Assembly (NCBI RefSeq): GCF_001194135.2
Contig: NC_068981.1
Location: 96,116,118 to 96,163,997 of the forward strand
Direction of reading: 5' to 3'
DNA: 47,880 nt
Origin: Octopus bimaculoides
Taxonomy: Eukaryota
Below, in pieces: positions 21,476 to 34,500 of the stretch. The translations under genes and the position numbers were made by a program. How positions within the stretch are numbered: the first letter of the stretch is position 1; each line of letters opens with the position of its first letter. Under the pieces are notes generated by a model that saw nothing but the letters and a program-made list of their open reading frames with translations, was not told where the DNA came from and ran no database searches.

Positions 21476-23634
21476 GCCTCTGAGCAGGTATCACCAAGCT
21501 TCTATCAATATTTGTAAACAACACGTGTTATGTCTCCAATAATTTTCTTCCATGTAAATAAATCTTATTTAGCTGTTATTTTTAGCACACCTCACAACCA
21601 CCAGTGTTTAATGCAAATACAATAAACATGTTACATGCGATAGACACACAACAATTTTAAACAAAGATTTAAAAGAATTAGATAAAAGTTCTCCAGTAAT
21701 TTTCTTTCATGTAAATAACTGTTTATGTTAATTTAAAAGAAAAAAAAACAGTTAGTTTTAAATCTCTGAGCGAGATGTTGGCAAATAAAGTTTAATTTGA
21801 AAGATTTATCCCAAAACTCTTATTTAGCTGTTATTTTTAGCACACCTCACAACCACCTCAATGCTCAATGACAAAAAGAAACAAACATGAAACAAGCAAT
21901 TTAAATATGTTTTATTACAATCTAAATATGCTTAAAAAAAACAAACATTAAACTTTCAGTTTTAATTTTTTAAATATTCTCCTCTGTTTTTAATGTTTCC
22001 ATAAAAGAAGCGAAGTTACTAACACAGCGTTGAATTTATCAACACGTACTTCCTTGCAGATAAAAGACTTTTCAGACACTGTTCAGATTCGCTTGTTACT
22101 ACGGTAACAGGCACTTGAGAGACAAAAGACTTCTCATGTTCTGCTTCTTACTATCGAAACAGCCATGAATGTGCCTATGGCTTATGCTTGGCTAAAATTA
22201 CCAAAATTTTCAAACTTTAATTACTAATAACTCTTTATTTATTGATTTATAACGAAAATTACTTTCACGTCATTAATTAGTCTATAAAAGTGTATCATTA
22301 CACTGAATATTGACGCTGGCAGCCGCTGGCAACCAAACAGAAAAGATCTACTCCAGCAATTCCGCTTGGAAAGTATATATATTATTACGCCAAATTTTAA
22401 AATTTTCGATTAACTTTAATTTTTGAAATGCTTGGCACCAAACCAACTAGATCCGCGCTTTCTTTCCATCACCCTGGAAAAAATTAAACTTCATCGGTAA
22501 AAAAAAATGAAAATTCAATATAATCATTATTTTATTATTTATTTAATAAAAGAATTTTATAATTTATTGAAAGTTCATGTTTTAAGAAAATATTGCCAGT
22601 TAAAGAATTATCTCCCTTAGTCTTCTATGCTGAAAAAACACAATGTTCATGAGAGTTTAGATAATTAGACATCAACATAAATGATCTGTGACAGGATAAC
22701 AGTATCTCCAGTTGTTTGCTACTCAGCCTTTACAATAAAGATAATGAATTGACAGTTCTCTTTCCAGTAAGTATAATTTATCACAGTGTTTACATACATA
22801 CGCATTACGTGGAGGCGGTTTCGTAAGTAATGTTTTTATTGTGGCAGATGTCTCTGAAATTAGTAACAAGAAGTTTTGTTTTTTTTTCAATTAGAAGAAA
22901 CAAAAATAAAATATTTATTTTTAAGTCAGTCATCAATACCATCTATAAACCCAACGATAAATTAAATTTATTATGTTGGTGGTGGTGGTGGTGTTGTTGG
23001 TGAATAATTCTAAAGGTATGGTGCACTAATTCTAATTATTTGTAGTTTATGAACACTTCTCTGAGATGTAAAATATCACATTAGTTATATAATAACTCCA
23101 ATCACAAAAATGAATATAATAAAAGGAACATCATAGAAAATCTTGGAAAAAATTAAAACAAACACAATATTGAAAACCTCATTAAATGTTGTGGTTCATT
23201 TAAAGTTCATTTTACTACAACCTGATGCTGTGCCCTATGCCATTCAGAAATTCCTCCATGGTCTTCCTCTCACTCACATAGTCCAGGGTGGGATTTTGTC
23301 CAAACCCCAGTGCTCTATGACCTAGGACTTGAAATATGCGGTCTTTATTTAAAGCTGTTTGGAAGTGTATTAAAAGACTACGTTTTAACCAGTTGAGTGA
23401 CTATATAGATGTTCTTTTTTCTTGTTAGCATGAAGGAGGTGTACCATTCATTTATTCTGGTAAGGGTTGAATTTATTTTATCTGAGTGTAGTAAAGTACA
23501 ACCAACCCACCAATTTCCAATTAAACACCACCAGGTGATTCTCATTCCTTGTAGCAAGTTAGTTTGACTCCCATTTCTGTATTATAACTCCTACTGTGTT
23601 AATATAGCTACCTCCATACCCATAACTACTGAAG

Positions 23635-23750
23635 TCATGAAATAAAATGTCTTGCTCAAGAACACAACACAAACCCTGGTCCAGGAATCAAATTCACTAC
23701 TTTATGATTGTGAGCCTGATGCTCTAACCACTGAGCCATGAGCCTTCATA
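23635..23750 (-). mobile_element. tRNA-like SINE head
   Basis: Reverse complement: tggctcagtggttagagc (A box)...gaatttgattcctgg (B-box-like)...gtgttcttgagcaagaca. Confidence 0.65.
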
Positions 23751-23851
23751 AAGTATTGCCTTGCTCTTCATATAGTACAATAACTACAAAACTGTACCAC
23801 AACATATAAATAAGTATAAGTCATGAATTTAAAACATAACTCTTTAAATGA

Positions 23852-24277
23852 TCAATTCTTTTTACCTGTAGTCTTTGGTCTTGAATTTCCATGGTGCATT
23901 TTACCTAACTGCTTCAAAACTTTATATGTTTGGATGCTGCCAGATGATCTTGTTGTTGTTGGTGGTAACTGCTGAGATTGTTGTGATCTGTTGGCATCTG
24001 AAGACTGGCATCTAGCTGCTGCTTGTTTATTTTTACCAGTTGGTTTTGACATCAGGTTATAATGGTCACTCATCCCAATCTCATACAGAGCTTTTGCCAT
24101 AGCTCGTTCATCCTCTTCTTTATTTATCATATGAGAATATTTCTCTCTGCTCTGCTGAATGTATTGTTGCTGGTTATGTTGAGTATGTGTTATACTTTGG
24201 CCACCAATGGTCTGCTTATGATAGCTTCCTTCTCCATTGCTTGCGAATTTCTCAATATTCCACAAAGGAATTGGTTG
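23852..24277 (-). CDS. CCDC157: CCDC157 coding exon 9 (terminal)
   Basis: Acceptor tttacag, phase 0; [11 protein letters not shown]...TTGKKN then TGA at 23854-23852. Poorly conserved Q/T/S-rich tail. Confidence 0.75.
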   Translation of the reverse strand, partial: QPIPLWNIEKFASNGEGSYHKQTIGGQSITHTQHNQQQYIQQSREKYSHMINKEEDERAMAKALYEIGMSDHYNLMSKPTGKNKQAAARCQSSDANRSQQSQQLPPTTTRSSGSIQTYKVLKQLGKMHHGNSRPKTTGKKN

Positions 24278-27200
24278 CTGTAAATAACAATGAGGAAACT
24301 TTTAAAAATGCTAAAATATATTTGAATTTCTAAGATGATGTCACTATTTTTAATTTATCGTCTAGAACAATGTTTTCACTTTGGAGTAGATCTTTCTACA
24401 TGTAAAATATCATGACATTTCACTTAAGCCCTCTAAAGATTAATTTAACCAGTTCATTTAAAACTCGTATTTAATATATTTAAATTAACTAGTTTATCTG
24501 CACATTTTAGTTAGTTATCTGGTTGAACTATTCTTATAACTAATTAACTTGACAATGTCTATTTTAATATTAATGACTTGTAGGGACATGGTATTTTGTT
24601 ATACAACCATAATATATTATGAAGTATATTATGTTTTTATAAGTCAATACTGTGTCCTACCGTGTAGAGATAGATAACCATAACAAGTCATCATTATTAT
24701 CATCATCATCATTTAACATCAGCTTTCCATACTGGTGTAGGTTGGATGGTTTGACTGCAAACTGGTAAGCTTGGAAGCTGCACCAGGTTCCAATCTGATT
24801 TGGCAAGGTTTCCTACACAGGCATGGTATATCGCCAAAGGTTTTGATCACCTGTCACTGCCTCCATGAGGTCCAACGCTCAACCAGTGCTTTTTCCGTGC
24901 CAGTGGTATGGATGCTAGATATGTGACACTGACATCATCCATGACTACCATTTCACTTAGCTTGACAGATCTTCTCAGTACAGCATATCACCCAATGTTT
25001 GAAGGGTGCTTTTTGCATGCTAGTTACACAACACTGGCATCAGCCATGAGTACAATCTCATTTGGCTTGACTGGTGTTCTCAAGCACAACATAATGCCAA
25101 AGGTCTCGGTCACTTGTCATTGCCTATGTGAGGCTCAACATTCAAAGATCGTGCTTCAACACCTTGTCCCATGTCTTCCTAGGTCTACCTCTTCCATGGG
25201 TTCCCTCCACCTTTAGAGTGCAGCACATCGTTAAACAGTTGTCTTCGTCCATACACATCACAAGACCATACCAGTACAGTCGTTTCTCTTGCATACCACA
25301 AATGATGCCTCTTATGCCCAACTTTACTCTCAGGATGCTTACATTCTGTTGTGCATGCACACTGACATTAATATCCAGCAAAGCATACTAGCTTCATTTC
25401 TTACAAGCCTATGCATGTCCTCAGCAGTTATAGCCCGTGTTTCACTGCTGTGCAGCATAGCTATTCACATACAAGCATCATACAGACACTCTTTGTTACC
25501 AGCTGAGGTAGGAGCTCTCTGAACTTTGCCCAGTCTATTCTTATTCTAGGAGCTACATATTCAGAGCATCCACTCCCAAATACTGACTTGGTCACATAGG
25601 TAACAGAAGTTATAGACTACTTCTACTTTTCCCCCTTGGCATGTGATGGGATCTATTTTCTGTACATTTTTAGTGTTAATGGTACCTGTGCATCTTTCAC
25701 ACACAAAAACTATTCTCCCTGTTAACTTTCCTCCAATATTGTTGCTGGTTATCTCCCTTTAGCATTATTACTGGTTATCTCCCTTCAGCCTGATTCTAGG
25801 TCCTAGTTACCGGATTTTAAAGAGTGGTACCATGTTGTACAAGTGTTTATCACTATAATCCATTGATATACAGCTGTCTCTTTATGTTGATCTCATTCAT
25901 CATTCTATCTACTGAAAATCCAAAGGCAATGGAAGAGTGGTGATGTGTATAGACTTAACTATCGAGAAGTGCACAGTTATGCAGAAAAGTCATCTGACTG
26001 ATTGTGGGTAGAAAGCCAGTAACAAGGAACCAAAAAGAGACAGCAATTCTCTGTGAAGATGGAGCAATCACTATATAAATGACATCTAGTTATACAGTTC
26101 ATGTTAAAACCGTTTAAATCTTCTGCATTTAAATAGTTTTTGACTATTGAAATGTAGTATTTATATTAAGGTGACAGAGAATAAACCATCATAAGGAGAG
26201 GAAGAGAAAAGCAAATGAAAGAGAAAAATATTTGAATGTAATTGATTTTTACTGTTACAAATCAGTTTTACATATGATTAGACACAGACGTGGTTGTGTG
26301 GTAAGAAGTTTGCTTCCCAATTTCAGTTCAATCCCACTGTATGGCACCATGAGCAGCTGTCTTTTGTGATAACCTTGACCAATCAAAGTCTTGTGAATAG
26401 TTCTAGTAGATGAAAACTGAAGAACCCCAGAAACCCATTATATAAATGTGTGTGTTTGTGTTTCATCTTGACATTGTATAATAGTTGCAAATGATTGTTA
26501 CTGTCATAAAGCAGTGTCCTTTATTTCCAATGTTCTGTGAGAACAAATTTGCCTATAGGAAAATATTACTTTGCTTGGTGACAGAAGGGGCATCCAGCTA
26601 TAGAAAAACTACCTCAATAAACTCTATCTGACCAATGGAAGCATCAGAAAGTGGACATTAAAAAGTTGATGATGATGAGATGGTGATGAATTGAGCAAGA
26701 TGTCATTATCATCATACCCCACCCCATCATTATCTTCAATTCTTTTAAAATTTAGTTTGAAGAAGTGTTGGGTAGTGCTTATAGTCATTGCAAGACTGTA
26801 ACAAACTAATGAAGTCAAAGCAGTTGATATTACACAATTTGTACTTCTGCAAGCAGATATCTTTATAGAAAATATGGAAAAAGAATTTCCTGCCCACCAC
26901 AACAGAATTGAGATCATAAAACCAAGGTGCCACGTAAAAAGCGTGTGTGCCAGTACCACATAAAAAGCACCCAGTATAATCTGTGGAGTGGCTGGCATTA
27001 GGAAGGGCATCCAGCTGTAGAAACCAAGTCAAAACAGACTATGGAACTTGATGTGGCCCCTGGCCTTGCCATTTCCTGTCAAGCTATCCATCGCATGCCA
27101 GCATGGAAAACGGATGTTAAATGGAGATAATGATGTAGTGTGTTGGGGCATAGCTTGATAGAGTAATGCGATGTTGGTTGACTGGTGTTAAGCCACTGGA

Positions 27201-30200
27201 ATAACATAATGATAACCATAGTGAAGATGACAAGGGTTACAGCAACTATGGTAACAGTGATGCTGACAACAAAACAAGAAAGAATATGTCCTTACCAACT
27301 TAGCAACATTTTGTAAGATAATGGGATCAATACAAATCTTCTCTAAGGTATTCCTTAAAACCAGGTTTTGCTTCTCTAAAAGTTCGATACGAACTATATT
27401 GGACTTCAACTGGAGGGCCATGTCCTTTTCAAGATGACCACTGTCTGTTGGATAGAAAGTAGAGAAAGTACTTTAAGGTGTCAGTAAAATATCTTGTGCT
27501 AAAACGAATAGAAGCTTACTAGTGATAAAAGGATTTTCTCTAAATATGGAACTACTCTGCATATATATATAGGGTATGATGAATAAACTGTCGTCTAAAT
27601 TAGGCAAAAATGAAAATAAAACCGACATCTCATTTTAACAGATATATTGGGTTGTCCGGAAAGTTTGTGCTGATTTTTAAAGGAAAGAAAAAGGTCAATA
27701 AATACTTGCCATTACATTTTTAATCAACCAATTATGAACCATTTTGTTGCACAATGTGTCTCCATCTTTCCTTTAACTTGAAAATACCCTCTTCCCAGAA
27801 TTGAGGTGGTTTCATGGCAAAGAATTCATCAAGGTATCTTTTTACGTCATCCAAGGAATTGAAATTTTTACCATTAAGACTATTCTGCAAAGATCTGAAT
27901 AAGTGGAAATCTGAAGGAGCAATATCTGGTGAATATGGAGGGTGGGGNNNNNNNNNNNNNNNNNNNNNNNNNNNNNNNNNNNNNNNNNNNNNNNNNNNNN
28001 NNNNNNNNNNNNNNNNNNNNNNNNNNNNNNNNNNNNNNNNNNNNNNNNNNNNNNNNNNNNNNNNNNNNNNNNNNNNNNNNNNNNNNNNNNNNNNNNNNNN
28101 NNNNNNNNNNNNNNNNNNNNNNNNNNNNNNNNNNNNNNNNNNNNNNNNNNNNNNNNNNNNNNNNNNNNNNNNNNNNNNNNNNNNNNNNNNNNNNNNNNNN
28201 NNNNNNNNNNNNNNNNNNNNNNNNNNNNNNNNNNNNNNNNNNNNNNNNNNNNNNNNNNNNNNNNNNNNNNNNNNNNNNNNNNNNNNNNNNNNNNNNNNNN
28301 NNNNNNNNNNNNNNNNNNNNNNNNNNNNNNNNNNNNNNNNNNNNNNNNNNNNNNNNNNNNNNNNNNNNNNNNNNNNNNNNNNNNNNNNNNNNNNNNNNNN
28401 NNNNNNNNNNNNNNNNNNNNNNNNNNNNNNNNNNNNNNNNNNNNNNNNNNNNNNNNNNNNNNNNNNNNNNNNNNNNNNNNNNNNNNNNNNNNNNNNNNNN
28501 NNNNNNNNNNNNNNNNNNNNNNNNNNNNNNNNNNNNNNNNNNNNNNNNNNNNNNNNNNNNNNNNNNNNNNNNNNNNNNNNNNNNNNNNNNNNNAATGTGG
28601 GTTATTCTCAAATAATGACTTGATTTGGTCATCATCTGTAGTGGATGGTCTGCCTGATCGCTCTTTATCAATAAGGCTACAATCTCCAGCTCAGAACCTT
28701 GCGAACCACTTCCGTACAGTTCTTTCGGATAAAGAAAATTCACCATAAACTGCGCATATTTCTTTGGTTGCTTGTGAGGCATTTTTCTCCTTTACGGAAA
28801 AAGAAAAGCATCAAGTGCCGAAAATGAACTTTCTCATCTTCCATTTGAAAGGGTTACAGAATTAACACAGGTTATAGGAACATAAACCTTCTTCCACGAA
28901 AAGATAGTTTAAACTGTGCTCTAAATGGAGGTGTAGTCAAACCCTATTTTATAGACTCAACCATGTTCTAAACTAAGTCGAAAGGTAAGCTACTATAAAT
29001 CGACACAAACTTTCTGGACAACCCAATATTTACCAAAATTACATAAAAATATCTTGAAATATTAAAGAGTAAATTTATTCAATAAAATCACCATTGGCTT
29101 CAACCACAGCCTCCAGATGATTTTGGAATCTCCTGAAACTCTTCTGGATGGTCTCCTTGTTTAAGTTGGTGTATGCTGCCATAATTTTTGTTCAAGGTTT
29201 GTTGGTCTTTCATTCAACTGCACCCCACACATAATAATCAAGGGGGTTGCAACCAGGGGAGTTAGGTGGCCAGTGTTGCCCTGGGTCAAGAGGGTGGTTG
29301 CTGGGAAACCCTATGTCTGGCAACAGGACTCTGCACCATGCCACACCAGCAGGAGAACCCAGTCATGGCTGTCAGACAATCTCTGTTGCCAGACATAGGG
29401 TTTCCCAGCAGCCACCCTCTTGACCCAGGGCAACACTACCTCCTCCAGGCACTTGATGTAGGCCTCTGTGTTGAGTCTGAACGTTTTCTCATGTATGCTA
29501 TATCGATAAATTGCAGAAGGACTTAAGCGACCCCATACCACTTATATCATTGTCTGCTCCCCTGTACCCTTTACTTATTTCCTTATTTATTTATCTTTAT
29601 TTACATATCCATTGTAACAATTTTAACTTATGCCCTCAGTTCAAATATAATTCGACCAATTGTAGAGATTGCTGGACTTAACCTGTCCTATTGCGGACAA
29701 CAGATGGGGTTCTCTGTAATATTCCTGTGAGTACACTATCTTAAGCACCCTACTGTAATGTTTTGGATACATTCTAACTTAAGTTTTATCGTTAGCATAG
29801 GTAATACCCATAGTTAGTTTCCTTGTATTATTATTTTTTGATAATCTCTTTTTATAACTTTTAAAAACATCTTGGTTCCTCCTTATATTGGAATTACTCC
29901 CCAAATTTCTTTACTCCCTAGAACAGTACTAGTTCACCCTCTTACCTACGGACTTTTGTAGTCCTAGGATGTTAGATTATATTCCTTTAACATTTTGTGC
30001 TTCCAGACTTCTTTTCTAGGCCATGTTTTCTTTCCTATTCCTTCTTCCTTTTGCTTATTTTGGATGCTTTTGTTTTACTCTGATGAAGCACCGTGCCCTG
30101 ATTCAAATGTCCTATGAAGATGAGGAATTTTATTTTCGCAATTATTTGTAAACATTGATCAGCACCGGATGCAGAAACAGCCATAAGATTTGTTATGTCA

Positions 30201-31496
30201 CATAAATGTTATGCCATGTTCTGTATTAAATAATAAGCTATAAGTGTGGTCCAGTTGATGTGCTTGTTGATCTGAGGTTTTCTCCATTTTCTGATTATTT
30301 ATATTTGTTTCCTGATAAACTTTTGTTTATTCTATTGTTACCTGTACTCTACGAGCATAGTGTGTGAGCATACTACCCATGCTTTGAGATAACACGAGTA
30401 ATGGATACCGATAGTATATACATATATTTTATCCCTTAGTCGGTTATTATAACCGCTAACTCTGCTTACATTATACACACATACACACACACACACTATA
30501 TGTATGTATGTATATCAGTGAGATATGTTTGTTTAGTGAGCAGATACTGAAGGCAGTAGATCTAAAATGATTGGAGAGGAACAAATTAAATATGAGTCAA
30601 AATTATAATGACAGTTAGCAGAATATGAACTCCAAAGGGAAAATCAGAGCTGACTGGACTTATAAGATATGTAATATTATGTGGTTATTCAAGTCAAAGG
30701 ACACTTGTTGACACAGTAAAGAAGACTTACAGTAACTGAAACAAAAGAACTGCAAATAATTCTTGAGATGTGTTACATTAATTTGGAAAATAGATTAAGT
30801 GTTGTGAAGGCAAAGGAAATGTAGAGATGCATACAAAATTTGACAATGTACAAAAGGATTGAACAGAAGCAACACTAGCTACTTGTTCACGACAAGCCAA
30901 AAATGAAAGTAAAATAAAAAAAAATAATATCTGATATACTTACATAAATTATCATCCAAAACAGGGCCATTTAAGTCAGGATATTGCACTAAAAGGGTTT
31001 CTCGCTCCTGAGTCTTTTTCAGTTCTTTACTAATTTCTTCAACTTTTGATCTGACTGCTGTGAGCAATTTCTCATTTTCATTTTTTTCATCCATTACCTG
31101 CTGTTGTTTGCTCTACATTAACCAAAATATCTCATTATTCTTATTACAATTTGTGCAAATAAATGAAATCAAAAGATAAGTTGACCTATGCAGCACCTCC
31201 TTTGCTTTAAAATTCATTAAGAAGAGATGGATGCAGAAAGACATATGCAGACACCTATTTGGTTTACATGATCTCTTTAATAAAAATCATCCAAAAATGG
31301 AAAAAAAATATATACTGCACAGTTGTTGCATGAGTACAACAATCTACTTTACATAAGTATCCAAGGGTACCAGCATGAATAACATCTGCATTGTGGTTAA
31401 GAAGATCTACCCTCTCTGATTTAAATGAACGGCCGACCAAAGCCTTGTGAGTGGATTTGGTAAACGGAAACTGAAAGAAGCCTGTCGTATATATGC

Positions 31497-31534
<38 letters not shown>

Positions 31535-34500
31535 ATATGTTTGTGTGTCTGTGTTTGTCCCCCCAACATCGCTTGACAACCGATGGTGGTGTGTTTACAT
31601 CCCCGTAACTTAGCGGTTCAGCAAAAGAGACCGATAGAATAAGTACTAGGCTTCCAAAGGATAAGTCCTTGGGTCGATTTGCTCGACTAAAGGTGGTGCT
31701 CCAGCATGGCCACAGTCAAATGACTGAAACAACTAAAAGACTAATAAACTGTACTGTGATAATAACCATGAAACCTTTTAATACAATAAGAAAATTGACA
31801 CTATTAACCTTTGACAGTCCTCTTTTCTGGCAATCAACTCTATCTAAATTTCACTACAAATTTATGCCCTTCACCTCCATCTATGCGGGAACTATTGCTC
31901 AAGCTAAAATTAATAAAGACAAGCGTTACCTCTTCATCCTTCAACCGTTGCTGTAAATATATTTTCTCTTGAAGTAATTCATCATATTTCTCCAGGTTTT
32001 CATCAATGTCATCCTGCAGATCTGCTAACTGGTCATGTAGAGTTGAATTTTCTTCACTTAATTGTTCAACTCGTTCCAACAATGAATCTTGTTTCTTTTG
32101 CATTGACTGTATCAATACAGAAATATTATTTCTAAAATGGTACATTACCAAAGAATATCTTATTTCTAATATGAAAATTAGATGATTTATTCCCAAATCA
32201 ATTCTTATGAAGAACTAATAATTACTCTAAATCTTTAAACTATTAGACAATTTCCTGTTAATTTAATGCTCTGCCAAGAAAATATTTCTCTTTTTTGTTA
32301 ACCATTATATTGACAAGTAAGTTAGTTCAAAAACTGTTGTTCTTGTTTAGCACCACATTAGTTTGATCAAGCAAACATAAGTCCAAAAACATTTCAGCCA
32401 CCATTCAGTCAATGGGGAATCTTTAATTTTGTGAGCTACAACCTCACTAGTGCTGGTACTACAAAAAAAGCACTTAATACATTTTATAATGTGGTTGGCA
32501 TTAGAAAAGTCATGCAGCTATAGAAACCCTGCCAAAGCAGACATAGTAGAATGATGCTGTCTTCCAACTTGTTGGATCCTTGCAAACTGTCCAACCCAAG
32601 CCAGCATGGAAGATGGATGATAAAAAACGATAGCATTATTATTCAGTGTATCTTTTCTTTATTTAAGATGGTAAGGTGTGATTTTTATGGAAATTTGGCT
32701 ACTATTTCAAGCATATTGATTAACAAATAAAAGCTCAAACATTGGCCCAAAGGTAGAGAGTTTTCTTTCATTGCAGCTGTCACTCTACATATACAGCTAA
32801 CATGCTGCTTCTTCAACTATTACAGCCATCACTTCACAGCTCTTATGTTAGATAAATGTGAGATAAGTTGTTTAGTACCTTATCCAGTATTATGAGCAGT
32901 TCACAAGTCTTTAACCAAAATATCAATTCAGCCTTTGAGACTTATCAAATAACTGATCGTAGAAAATATATTTCTAACAATATCAAACTAACTGGTTATA
33001 TAATTATAAAACATGTAAATATTCCAAGGACTTGAAAGAAACTGGAAAGCTGATATAAGTGAATAGCATTAGATTTGAAGAATGATGTTTATTTCTTATA
33101 GTTAAGGAAACTGAGGTATATTGAATTAAGAAGTGCCCTACCCTGATGGCACTCATGATGGCAGTGACAATGACAACAAGCCTCATCATAACATTCAGTT
33201 TTCCAAGATGGCACAGGGCAGATGTATCTCATGCACATCACATCATCACACATCTTACTCTTTTGTCATTTATTTTGTGAGATCTATTAGTGGAGATTTG
33301 ACCTCATTAATTTCTACATCTGTGCATTCTACTGAGAACAAATTACACCTTTTTCACACAACGCTTATTGGCTATTCACATTACATGGTCATGTCTCCTG
33401 CACACTTCAGCTGATGTATTTAATGATTAGCTGCTCTTGTGCAGTCTTTAATACAGATTAACATTATACATCTAACAGATCATACATACCATTTTTTTTT
33501 TTTTTTGCCATTTACATCATCCTTCAATTTAAAGAAAAGACTACAACAGATTAGAAAATAACTTATGAGCTGGTGGCTAGCTCAGTACATTGTCATTTCA
33601 TCTTTAACAATACAATGACATGATTTAAAGAACATTTTGAAACTGAACCACTTAAATGCTGGATTGCAAAGCAGAAAATCTTGAGTTTAAACAATCCAAC
33701 AGCCATGATGTTATAATAGAACATATCACTCCACTTCTCTTAGTTTACTTGGCTAAATACCAATTCCATGTTAAATGACAAAAGCTGCTAAACAAAAGCA
33801 CATAGAACCACCTCTTTGGTTGTAGTTAATTAAATGACATTCTGAACTTCAATAGACAGTCATGCCAGACCATAAGTGACAACTTATACTTTGGCTAACA
33901 AACTTCACTTCAACAGACATCATGGAAAGTAAGGAGTAACATCATTATCATCAACACATCTACCATCAAATTCATTTTTTCTATATCAGCATAGATTGAA
34001 CATGAGTAAGTATTCAACAAACCTCACTATGTTTCACTATACTCTTACACTTCGCTTGTGTTAATGCTAATTCTTTAGCTGATTCAGCAAGTTTTTCACT
34101 ACATTCAGTGTTTTCTAATCTCAGTTGATTCACTTTTTCCTGAAATTTCTCTCTATCTTGAGTAACTTCTGTCACTTTCTCCAATTCTTCAGTCAACTGA
34201 GCTTTCACCAACTCTAAAATTATAAGATATTGAAGAGATTCACAAACTTCCTAAACTTAGGAAAAGAAATACAAACCTACATAATTATGTGTACATGATC
34301 ATTGCCATGATATTGAGGTGGTAAGGGTTGAAGAAGCAGTGATGGTGATGATAGTATGTGCCATGGTGGTAGAAGTGGTACTAATATTGGTTTCCAATTT
34401 TGGCACAATTTTGGGAACAAAGAAGTAAGTCGATTACATTGACCCTTGTGCTCAACTGGAACTAATTTTATCAAACCCCAAGAGGATGAAAGGCAAAGAC

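Noticed and set aside
23860-23868. Donor-like CAG/GTAAAA just before the CCDC157 stop, implying more 3' exons
   Set aside because: No downstream coding exon was found, and the protein length already matches the orthologue. It cannot be fully excluded without RNA data.
25744-25790. Short direct repeat CTGGTTATCTCCCTT x2
   Set aside because: Two copies only, consistent with local slippage; not a CRISPR-like repeat-spacer array.
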